Source of the DNA: Paraspadella gotoi
Taxonomy: Eukaryota; Animalia; Chaetognatha
DNA: 64,000 nt
Reading direction: 5' to 3'
Assembly (NCBI GenBank): GCA_051294375.1
Contig: CM119265.1
Coordinates: 8,006,772 to 8,070,771 of the forward strand
Below, one piece after another: positions 53,387-64,000 of this stretch. How positions within the stretch are numbered: the first letter of the stretch is position 1; each line of letters begins with the position of its first letter. The translations under genes and the position numbers were made by a program. A model generated the notes under the pieces. That model saw only the letters and a list, made by a program, of their open reading frames with translations. It searched no databases and was not told where the DNA came from.

Positions 53387-53974
53387 CCGAATCTCTCTCT
53401 NNNNNNNNNNNNNNNNNNNNNNNNNCGCGCGCGCGCGATTTCTCCTCTCCATGAAAAAAAAATAATATCTGAAGGAGGCCAAAAGTTAAACGAAATTCCT
53501 ATTTTTCTGTTTTCCTTATTTTTTTCTTTTTTTTTATCTCTTTTATTCTTTTTTTCTATTTTTAATCCTATTTTTTGTTGTTGCCTGACAAGCCGAACCA
53601 GCAGGACGCTAATACGCTTCTATTCATTTTTTTTATCCAATTTCTTTTTTTTTTAATAGAATATCCAATTTAAAAAAAAATATTTATCGGTTGTTTTTTA
53701 ACTTTTTTTTTATTCAGTCAAAGAAGAAGTCGCGTGCAGGCGCCTTTCGTCGAGGGGAGTTCGTTGAGGGCGAGGCAACGTGGCGCTGCGTGACGCTGCG
53801 CTAGTCTGCGTAACGCTTTGTGACTCTTTGTACTCCGCTCGGCTAGCATGACGCTAAGTACTGGATTGCCTAGTTAGCCTTGCTCCACCCTTATTCAGTA
53901 TTTGAGCTCATCGTCGCGCTCTTTGACTAAACTTGAATTCGAACACGTTCGCTCCGCGTGACATTTAATAACCC

Positions 53975-54270
53975 GCTGTGATTGGTTGGCGTTAGTTGGC
54001 GCCGCGATCGCCCGAGATTGCCTTCCTTGGCGATTGGCCCGGCCCTGGTCGCGACGTTTGGCGCGGCGTTTGGCGCGGCGTTGACGTCGGAGCCGGCGGT
54101 GGCGGCGGCGTCGAGACTCTAAATTGAATTAACGCCGCATCCTCGTCTTTTTTTATAAAATCAGCTCTCGTCTTAATCCGAGGGCGCTTTCCCCGGCTGC
54201 CGACGCTCGCTGCCACGCCGCCGCCGCAGCTCAAGCCCGCCGACGCCGCCTCCGGCGCTCCCTAGTGGCT
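53975..54270. promoter_or_regulatory. GC-rich promoter candidate
   Basis: ATTGG (CCAAT) at 53981 and 54033, tandem TTTGGCGCGG at 54057 and 54069, TGACGTC at 54082, TATAAAA at ~54154. Confidence 0.35.
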
Positions 54271-54487
54271 CTTTATCGGCAATCTCTCGTCGTCGACTCA
54301 ACTTCATTCCAATGGGTTCTTTTCAGAAAAAAAGAAAACTTGTTTTTTTTATAAAAAGAAAAGAGAAAAAAATGGAATTAAGTGGAGGAACACTGCAGAT
54401 GGCAGTGATGAAGGGAGGAAAAAGGAAAACAAAAAGAAAGAAAAGAAAAGAAGAAGGAAAGGGTGATAGTGGATCAGAGTGGAGCGT

Positions 54488-54645
54488 GGCATTGGTTCCA
54501 TCAGTGACTATTTATGCCATCGGTGACTTTAAATCCATTGGTGCCATTAGTTCCAATTTTTGACATCAGGTGCATGTTTGCCATTGGTGCCATTAGTTCC
54601 ATCATTGCCATCAGTTTCATCAGCGCAATCAGTTGCCATTAGTAA
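54488..54645. repeat. Degenerate 9-bp repeat (CCATTGGTG/CCATTAGTT/CCATCAGTG)
   Basis: More than ten CCATY-RGT-like units. Confidence 0.7.
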
Positions 54646-54828
54646 ACGCATTATTCCATTGTCGACTGTACTTTTTATCCTTCGTACTTCATTTTTCCAA
54701 AGTCGTTAAACTACGAGTCGAATGTTCTTTTTTTTTCTTCCGCCGTATCGCGTTCCGATTCGATTCACCGCCTCCAGAGGGCATCCAACGCCGCCTCCCG
54801 CCATCGCGCCGTCTGATTTTTATCGAGT

Positions 54829-55057
54829 TTCCCTTTTAACCCAATCCCGTTTTCCATTTTTCCTTTTTAACGCAATCCCGTTTTCCATTTTTCCCTTTTA
54901 ACCCAATCCCGTTTTCCATTTTTCCCTTTTAACCCAATCCCGTTTTCCATATTTCCCTTTTAACCTAATCCCGTTTTCCATTTTTCTTTTTTAACCCAAT
55001 CCAGTTTTCCATTTTTCCCTTTTAACCCAAGTCCGTTTTCCATTTTTTCCTTTTAAC
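54829..55057 (+). repeat. 31-bp minisatellite, ~7 copies, consensus TTTTAACCCAATCCCGTTTTCCATTTTTCCC
   Basis: caatcccg-type core at 54842, 54873, 54904, 54935, 54966, 54997 and 55028 (exact 31-nt spacing). Confidence 0.95.
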
Positions 55058-56767
55058 AATTTCTCGTCACAAATTCAAATCATCAACGAGAGCTACCAAC
55101 GCCGACAGTTGGCGCCACTCCAACCACGACAACGCCACGCCCATCGTCGACTCTCGCCCGACGTCATCACCTCGGATTAGCGTCGACGTAGATAATTCGT
55201 CCTTCTCTTAAATATCGATCGCCGTCGTAGTCAATCCTAATGTCGGATCCTCTTTTGATTTATATTGAAAAAATCTAAACGAGGAATAGCGAATCGCTCG
55301 TGCGGTTGGGAAGCGAAGAGAACTGACCAGACGTTCTTTCGCTTTAGTCTAAGTCTTTGGCTCAAAATGTTCGCGCTTTTCTTCGGCTTGACCTTGGCGC
55401 TCACTCTCTCTCTCTCTCCCTCTCTCTCTCTCTCTCTCCTTCAATATGCTTATATCGAGACTTTCCTTTCTATAGAATATTTGTCCCCAGCACTTGGTAA
55501 AAAAAAGTTTTCACATTCCTTTTTCGGTCGATTTTTTTTTTCCTCTTCTCTTTTTTCCTTCTTCCTTTNNNNNNNNNNNNNNNNNNNNNNNNNTTCCCTT
55601 TCTCCCCTTTTCTCCCTCATTCGACCAAAAATTCCTACTACACACCACGTTTCTGAAAAAGGAAAGAACCAATACATTCCTGCCCGACATCGCGTGTCAG
55701 CCTGCGCAACATCTGGCCAACGTTGGATAGCCACACAGTATACAAAGAGAAACGAACAAGTAAAATGAAAAAGAAATCAAGAAAAAAAAGTTATGAAAAA
55801 AAAAATGATAAAAACGTAAAAATATAAAAAAGGTTATAAACAAGAAACAAAGATAAAACAAAAACCGAGGAAAAGAAGTAAAAAAAAAATGCAATGAAAA
55901 GGAAGAAACGGGGGCTCTGAAAAGATAAAAGGAAATGAATTTGAGGCCGAAATAACAACAGAACAAGTTGGGGGGAGATAGGGGGCGGAGGGCACGAGAG
56001 GAAGGCCCGGGAGGGTGGGCGGATGCCGCCGAAAAAAAATACGATTAAAAAAGAAGGCGGAATGCGCGGAACGAAAGAGAATTCTGTGGCTCCTTTTTTC
56101 TCCAAGAGTTCCCATTTCTGTTGTTAATTACCAAAATTTAATTTTAACCTTGAATAATTAAATTTATAATTATATTTTTTAACTCTATTAAACGCAATCC
56201 TTAAACACCTAATCCTCAACTCAGTTTAACCCAAACAACTGGTCCCACAGCCCTCCGAATACCCAAACCCGAGTCCTTAATCACTAAACCTAATCCCCTA
56301 TCCCCAATCCTGATAAACTTACACCTCTTGACCTCCAATTCTCTAACCAGAAGATGACTTAACCTTATTTCCGGATTAAGATAAAAACCGGGTGCAACGT
56401 ACTTGAGGGCGAAATATGGTCGAATTTGATTTTTGAGAAGAGAAAAAAAAGAAAAAGACACGAATTCGCGATGACGAAGAAAGAGAGAGGAGAGAGAAAA
56501 AAAAGAAAAGACAAGTGGGGGGAGCTACCGGGGGGTTTGAGGAAAGAGGAAGTGAATTGCGGAGGAGAGAAAATGGCGGTTTTGAGAATCGAGGTGATGA
56601 TAAAGAAGAAAAAAAAGATTTATAGGGTGCATTTAGAAAAGAAAGAAAAAAGGAAAAAAGAAAAACAGAAAATGGGGATTTTAAAGGCGGAAAAAAGAAA
56701 GAGAAAGGACGATATGGGCAGGGAATGTCGTAGCGACAGAAAGAGGAAATTTTTTTTTTATATTTTT

Positions 56768-57163
56768 TTAAACGAGGATCGGCGTTTTGGACAAACGACG
56801 ACGACGACGACGACGATAAATTGCAGGAAACGACGACGACGACGACGACGGAATCTTCGACTCCGAACTGACGTCAACGACGATGAAGAGGAGTACGAAT
56901 ATTCCGTTGCGAACGATCGTAACGGAATTAGAATGGAGACGATAATGATCGAGACGAGTGCTGCTTGTCGAAGCTGCTGTTAAAGGCATGACGATGGCTG
57001 AAGAAGGTTGCTGTTTGAAGCGGCTGCCATAAAACGATGGAGTTGTCGACGCTGTTGTTGCGGATGATGGGGTACTTTGGATGATGAAATGATTCAAGAT
57101 GGAAAACCAAAGATGCGTGATTGATGTAACCGGCGATGTCTTATAATCAAGAGTTCTTGACAT
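56768..57163 (-). CDS. ATG-initiated Ser/Thr-rich ORF, possible first exon
   Basis: 131 aa (MSRTLDYKTSPVTS...TPSSATTASTTPSFYGSRFKQQPSS) in complex sequence; no recognisable domain. Confidence 0.25.
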   Translation of the reverse strand: MSRTLDYKTSPVTSITHLWFSILNHFIIQSTPSSATTASTTPSFYGSRFKQQPSSAIVMPLTAASTSSTRLDHYRLHSNSVTIVRNGIFVLLFIVVDVSSESKIPSSSSSSFPAIYRRRRRRRLSKTPILV

Positions 57164-57309
57164 TATTCTTATTACTTATTCTTACTCAAAATATAACTTA
57201 CTTTACCTACAGTTTACTTCTTTTACATCCTTCTCCTTTTCCGCGTTCCATCTCTCTCTTCGCATTTCCTCTATGTTAATTCACCTCTCTTCTTTCCTCC
57301 ACTCTCCTA

Positions 57310-57750
57310 CCTCCCTTTTCTTTCTCCCCCCTTTCTCTCTCCCACCCATCCCATTTCTCCTTTAGTATCTCCCCCTTTCTCTCCCCCCCCCACCATTATT
57401 CCTTTTCTCCCCCTTTCTCCTCTCCCCCCACCCATTTCCTATTTCTCCCCCTCTCTCTCCTCCCGCCCCCACCCATTTTTCCTTTCTCCCCCTTTCTCTC
57501 TGCGCCCCCCACCATTTTCGCTTTCCTCCCCCTTTCTCTCTCCCCACCCATTTCCTTTTCTCCCCTCTCTCTCCCCCCACCATTTTCCTTTTCTTCCCCT
57601 TTCTCTCTCCCCACCCCTTTTTCTTTTTACTCCCCCCTGACCTCTTCTCTCTCCCCTCCCATCCCATTTCCTTTTCTCCCCCTTCTCGTCTCCCCCCCCA
57701 CCATTTTCCTTTCCTCCCCCTTTCTCTCTCTCCCCACCCTTTTCCTTTCC
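57310..57750 (+). repeat. C/T-rich ~35-bp minisatellite (cccccaccattttccttttctccccctttctctct)
   Basis: Roughly 11-12 noisy copies anchored on ccaccc?att. Confidence 0.8.
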
Positions 57751-58695
57751 TGCTCTGACTCCGTCTCCCACTCTTTCCGGCTCGCTCGCTCGCTCCAAGG
57801 GACTTTCACAAACCCATTTGTATTTGTCATTTTGAAAAGAAAAGAATTTCCTTCTTTCCTAGTTTGACCCTGGCACTGTCCGAGAGAGGAAAAAAAGGGA
57901 AAGATATTTCTTTTCCTTGTTTCCCTTAATTTTTCTTCTTTTCCTTGTTATTTTTTTTTCTTTTTCATATTTTCCCCGATTTCTTAGAAATGCTTCTTTT
58001 TCTTCTTCCTCTGTCTCTGCCAAAAAAATCAATGAACTCGAACCAGATGTAGTACTTTTCTTCTTCTTCTTTCCTTTTCCTCCTCATGCCCTTCATTGCC
58101 CCCTTTCTGCTCNNNNNNNNNNNNNNNNNNNNNNNNNNNNNNNNNNNNNNNNNNNNNNNNNNNNNNNNNNNNNNNNNNNNNNNNNNNNNNNNNNNNNNNN
58201 NNNNNNNNNNNNNNNNNNNNNNNNNNNNNNNNNNNNNNNNNNNNNNNNNNNNNNNNNNNNNNNNNNNNNNNNNNNNNNNNNNNNNNNNNNNNNNNNNNNN
58301 NNNNNNNNNNNNNNNNNNNNNNNNNNNNNNNNNNNNNNNNNNNNNNNNNNNNNNNNNNNNNNNNNNNNNNNNNNNNNNNNNNNNNNNNNNNNNNNNNNNN
58401 NNNNNNNNNNNNNNNNNNNNNNNNNNNNNNNNNNNNNNNNNNNNNNNNNNNNNNNNNNNNNNNNNNNNNNNNNNNNNNNNNNNNNNNNNNNNNNNNNNNN
58501 NNNNNNNNNNNNNNNNNNNNNNNNNNNNNNNNNNNNNNNNNNNNNNNNNNNNNNNNNNNNNNNNNNNNNNNNNNNNNNNNNNNNNNNNNNNNNNNNNNNN
58601 NNNNNNNNNNNNNNNNNNNNNNNNNNNNNNNNNNNNNNNNNNNNNNNNNNNNNNNNNNNNNNNNNNNNNNNNNNNNNNNNNNNNNNNNNNNNNNN

Positions 58696-58726
<31 letters not shown>

Positions 58727-58844
58727 AAAGTTCAAACATCGGATTTTGATGAGAAGTTGAGAAGCGGAGAAACGAGGAACTCAATTCGAAATTCATATTT
58801 CGAAATTAAGCAAATAGAATTTTTTTTTCAATCGAGAAAATAAC

Positions 58845-59169
58845 AATTACTTCGGTTTTATTTTCTTTTTTTTTTTGTTTAAACAAGTTAATAAAACCAA
58901 ATCAAAGATTATAGTTTAAAAAAAAAACATAACCGATTAATCTTTAAACTCATCAGACTTTCGAAGGTTTAATAAGAAAATAAATCTGTCTTCGCAATGA
59001 TTATAAAACAATTTCTGTCTCAGATTTTTTTTTTAAATTACTGGAATTGAAAAAAAAATATATTTTTTTAAGAAAGTTGATAAATCTCGAATCGACAATT
59101 GGGAACAAATGGCGAGCCAAAGATGACAATGAGAGATAATTAAAGTCAGACACGCATTCTCTTACCCTT

Positions 59170-59201
<32 letters not shown>

Positions 59202-59823
59202 NNNNNNNNNNNNNNNNNNNNNNNNNNNNNNNNNNNNNNNNNNNNNNNNNNNNNNNNNNNNNNNNNNNNNNNNNNNNNNNNNNNNNNNNNNNNNNNNNNN
59301 NNNNNNNNNNNNNNNNNNNNNNNNNNNNNNNNNNNNNNNNNNNNNNNNNNNNNNNNNNNNNNNNNNNNNNNNNNNNNNNNNNNNNNNNNNNNNNNNNNNN
59401 NNNNNNNNNNNNNNNNNNNNNNNNNNNNNNNNNNNCTGTTTCTGTTCCGCATTCTTTTTTTTTCTTCCTAAAACTCATATTTTTTTCTTTAGTTTAGAAG
59501 GAAATCATAAAAGGCTTTTTATTGTTTTTCTTCTATCTCCGTCTTTCGCGTTACATTTTAATTCGAATTATTCTTATCTTTATCCTATTACATTCGTAAA
59601 TATCTTCCGTGTCTTTTAAATTAAGAAAGTAATAATCGGCGATTAAAAAAGCAAAAAAGAAATTTAAAAAGTAAAAATCAGTGACGTCATCATCGCTATT
59701 TTGTCGTAAATCGTCAATCAGTTTCGGACCGAAAAAAAAAACAACCAAAAAAGTCTGAGGCTCGGCCGTCCAACTTATTTGACCATCGGAAGGAAAACAA
59801 AAGAGGAGAAAAATGCCCGTAGG

Positions 59824-59901
<78 letters not shown>

Positions 59902-60299
59902 TTTCAAGAGTTTTTGGTTGTTTTTTTTTTTTTTTTTTTTTCGGATCCCGAAACTATATGACGATATTTTACGACAAATAGCGATGAATGACGGTCACTG
60001 ATTTTAAACTTTTTAAAAAATTTCTCTCTTTTATTTTTGCTTTTTGTTTTTTTTTTAAAAATGCGCCGATTATTAACTGTTCTTTATTTAAAAAAGGACA
60101 CGGAAGAATATTACGAAATGTAATAGGATCAAAAAGAAAAAATAATTCGAATATAAAAAATGTAAGACGCGAAGACGGAGATAGAAAAAAGCAAAAAAGC
60201 AATAAAAGGCCTTTTATTGATTTCCCTTCTAAAGAGAAAAGACAAAGAAAAAAAATTTATGAGTTTTAGGAAGAACAAAAAGAATGCGGAAACAGAAAC

Positions 60300-60339
<40 letters not shown>

Positions 60340-60343
60340 GAGA

Positions 60344-60391
<48 letters not shown>

Positions 60392-60767
60392 AGCGTTTGA
60401 GAATAAAGTCACATCTAAAGGTCGGTTTTTTTGAAAGAGAGCGAATTACCGTGGAAGAAGATGAAGGAGGAGGAGCAGAAGAGGAGAGGAAGAGAGAGAA
60501 GAAAGGGAAGGCCAGAAAATTATAAACACTGAGGTATTCTGGGTCGTTAGAGAGTTAGTATACTGACCGGGTATGATGCATGTAACGAAAACAGGCAATA
60601 GATGCGCCATTTACTCACCTATAAGGAGAAGATGTTATTATATCAGAACGGATTTCGCAACGTTTTCTCATCCAGAGTCGCGCAGGAATTTAAAAAAAAA
60701 GAAACAGGAAAAAGGCACGATAATCCCGCGCAGGAGCTTTATATAATGGAAGCGATAGAGCGAGAAA

Positions 60768-60835
<68 letters not shown>

Positions 60836-61290
60836 AGAGAGAGAGAGAGGGAGAGAACAGGGTAAGAGAGATAGCGTGTTCTGGACTTTAATTTATCCTC
60901 GTCATTTGTCATCGTATTTGGCTCGGCCCATGTTTGTGTGTTTCCCCAATATGGTGCGATGATTCGAGATTTAAATTCACACACACAACATACTTTCCCT
61001 ATGTTTCCTTATAAAAATTATTTTTTTTTTTTTTTTTTTTTTTATTTTTTTTTTTTTTTTCATTCCCGAGTCATTTAAAAAAAAAAAAGAAAAAAAATCT
61101 GAAGAAGAAATTTTGTTTTAATAATCATTTGCGTAGACAATTTATTTTCCTTCATTAAAGCTTCCCGAAAGTCTGATGAGTTTAAAAGATTATCGGTTAT
61201 GTTTTTTTTTTAAAAACTATAATCTTTGGATTTGGTTTTATTAACTGTGTTTAACAAAAAAAAAAGAAAATAAAACCGAAGTAAATTGCA
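58845..61290. repeat. ~2.4 kb palindrome (fold-back) centred at ~59830
   Basis: Nested reverse-complement matches: 58845-59035 vs 61090-61288, 59085-59200 vs 60850-60975, and 59436-59752 vs 59908-60300. Confidence 0.92.
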
Positions 61291-61502
61291 TCTCGAACAA
61301 AACCTACGTAAACGTTTTTAAAAAATCGGCTAAATAAATATGATTTTTTTTCGTTACGAAGTTTTTTATTCGTTCCAGAATCCGATCGACATAAAAAAAA
61401 ATTTAAAAAAATTTTTAAAAATCGATTTTCGTTTTTGTTAAAGTTTTTCGATCTTACTAATTCATTATAGATTTTTATAATGGAAAATATTTTTAAAAAA
61501 AA

Positions 61503-61672
61503 ATGTATATGAAATTGTCAACTAATATAGAAAAATTATCCATTCATAATTAATTAAGCTATCTTGCCCATTACTTTGGACAGGTTTGGTGGGTTTAAGG
61601 CCCCTCTCTCATCACTCTTAATACAAGATATGGCAGGTCTCTCTCCTGCAAAAGCTTTTAATGAAGACTCAC
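61503..61672 (+). repeat. Dispersed repeat, copy 2
   Basis: Same order of motifs as 5863-6040, with substitutions and indels. Confidence 0.75.
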
Positions 61673-62804
61673 GTCCAGTTCCTGGTTTATATTTACACTC
61701 CAGCAGTAACCACCACCCCTGGCTTCCTTAATCCAAGGAAGTCGAATAATGTTTCAAAGAATATTAACAAAATTCAAATTGGTCAAAACATAGATTTTAA
61801 AAAAATTGGTTCACTCGCTCCTTTTTTGCTTTGGTAGGTCGGCTNNNNNNNNNNNNNNNNNNNNNNNNNCGTCGTCGTCGTCAGCATCGTCGTCGTCGTC
61901 GTCGTCATCGTCGTATTCCCTTGCATGCGCGGAGTAAGATAATGGTCAAATCGGACTGGAATTTCGTTCCAACTCTGGTCGTCGATGAATTACTATTGCG
62001 TCCTTACAGAGTAATTTTTTTTTCTTCGACTCGATAGTATATATATTATATAATATATATGCGACATTTGTTTTTTAAAAAAAACGATTTAATTTATTAC
62101 ATGCAGTCAACACAAAAGCTTCTAATATTTAAGTTTAAACATTTTATGATGCTCTCGCAATTAGATTTGTCGAGATTTAATTTTTATTCGTTTTCTTTTT
62201 CCCTTTTTCATTTTTTTTCTTTATAAAAAAAAATTAAAAAAATAAGAAAAATATCAAAACAGAAAAGAACAAGAAAACGGAAATAGAAAACGAAATGAAA
62301 GAAGCAAAGAAAAAAAAAGAAAATAAAAGAGAGTCCCTAGTCGCAGTTCGGACTCTTTCTCCGCCGCCGCACCTGCCAATTCGCCCAGCCAAACCCTATC
62401 TCTCCCCATCTGTCACCCCCATCTGTACCCCATCTCCCTACCCCCCATCTCTTTCGAAGCCAAAAAACTAATCAAATCTCATTCCTTCTTTCTTCCTTTT
62501 CAGTGAATTCAATTCGTTGTTTCTCGTGTAAAATAAATATCCTTCAGTTTTTATATAAGTGTCGTAGATGTTGTAACGTTGTTGAAAAATCACATCTGCC
62601 TATATTTGTCTACAAACGGACGTGTTTGTAAACAAAAGTACCAAAAAAAAAAACGTGAAAAAAAAAAACGAAAAGTGAAATAAAAAAGAATAAATCATCG
62701 TGCTGACCCGTTTTCTTTGTCCGGCGAAAGAGAAGGAAGAAAATCGGGCGGCGGAGAAAAGAAAAACGCACATAAAAAGGAAACAAAAAGGTCAACGTTC
62801 GCCC

Positions 62805-62856
62805 CACGACTCGCGTCACGAATCGCGCCACGAGTCGCGCCAATCCGCGCCAATCG
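62805..62856. promoter_or_regulatory. 12-bp repeat CACGANTCGCGY x3 followed by two GCGCCAAT
   Basis: cacgactcgcgt cacgaatcgcgc cacgagtcgcgc caatccgcgc caatc. Confidence 0.35.
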
Positions 62857-64000
62857 TGGGTCATCGACTCTTCGTTTTCGTCTTGATTTCTCATTTCGTC
62901 AACTCACAAACTGAAAACATAAAAAACACTCACTCACTCACAATCCAAATACAAAAAACAAATTCACTAACAAAAAACTCTTCCTTCATTTTTCGTCTCG
63001 TTCTCTATCTTCCTCTCTCTCTCTTTTTCTCTCTCTCACACACCCACACAAAAATTTACTCGTCGTCAATCGGAAACCAAAAAAGAACAAACTTTTTCGT
63101 CGCTTTCTCTTCGGTTCGACAGAGAGCGAGTCGTCAAGCAAAGAAACACAAATCGAGAAAAAATATCGGTTTTTAAAACTTTCGACTCTCTCTCTGTCTT
63201 TAGCTGTATATTTTTTTTCTTTCCCTCTCTAGCTCTATCTAGCTCCGTTTCTATCTGTCTCCTTCAAGTTCCCTAACATCGAAACGCCATCTACAGTGTT
63301 TTTGTTGTCTTCTCTGTTGACAAAAAAACCGAAAAAAACGAAACATCGCTTCCCCTTATCCCACAGAAAAATATAAACAAAACGAACGTTACATATCGAG
63401 TGCTTTGTTATAGTTTCGCCCGGTGCTAAAAATCCACAGCCAAGACGCGTGTACTTTTTAGCGACAGATGTCTCTCTGTCTCTGTCTGCGTATTTGGTAA
63501 CATCTACTCGTTGCGAGAGCGAGACGCGTGCGCGCGATAAAACCAGGCTCCTCCGAGAGAAAAATATCGAATTCGAAAAGGGGAGAGAGATTGTTTATGT
63601 TTATTATTTATTCCGACGAAAAAAAGATCACATATCACGAATTCATCTCGTCTCTCATTTCCTCTTTGAAAAAGTGAAAGAAAACAGCACATATCAGTTT
63701 AAAAAGAAAAATTCACCGACAGAACGAACCAAAAAATAATAATTTATTATTTTTAAACCCGTGAGAAATTATATATATTTATTGTTTATGAAAGAATTTT
63801 CCCCCTGGGATTTAAATCGGTTGACCGAAAAAACCTCCACTACGAAATTCGCACGCGAATACTATTTTTGCATCAATAAAAAAAATTAAAAATAGACTTA
63901 AAAACAAAAACTTAATACTTCGCGAGACATATCTCTATTATCGGCCTTAAAACGCCTCCGAAACAAACAAAACAAACAAAACAAAAACAAACGGTACCCA

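Noticed and set aside
54829-55057. CRISPR-like 31-bp periodicity
   Set aside because: Units are contiguous with no unique spacers, there are no cas genes, and the context is eukaryotic.
56215-56320. Telomere-like TAACCC/CCCTA fragments
   Set aside because: Too degenerate; no tandem telomeric array.

Overview
Draft eukaryotic (probably invertebrate animal) nuclear DNA. It is saturated with (GA/TC)n and (GAC/GTC)n microsatellites, CpG-rich, and broken by many N gaps. No gene can be named with confidence, and no rRNA, tRNA, CRISPR array or intact transposon ORF is visible. Most ORF-track entries are microsatellite or N-gap artefacts. The large-scale structure consists of (1) a ~7 kb direct duplication (16509-23668 vs 24010-30420) straddling an exactly 100-N gap and (2) three noisy fold-back inversions (apex ~30690; 51710-51830 vs 53257-53386; a ~2.4 kb palindrome at 58845-61290). 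Seven gaps are exactly 25 N, and copies differ mainly by single-base indels. This points to long-read gap filling (PBJelly-type, with missed-adapter reads) rather than biology, although real palindromes cannot be excluded without reads. The best coding evidence is a phase-consistent 3-4 exon minus-strand model with short GT-AG introns at 50904-51740. Several other protein-like minus-strand blocks exist (5.1-10.5 kb, 15-22 kb, 48.9-50.4 kb, 56.8-57.2 kb), one with a Walker-A-like motif. Also present are a clean 31-bp minisatellite, a diverged AT-rich fold-back element, a dispersed repeat, and E2F/CCAAT-like promoter candidates. I did not find a convincing previously undescribed biological system.
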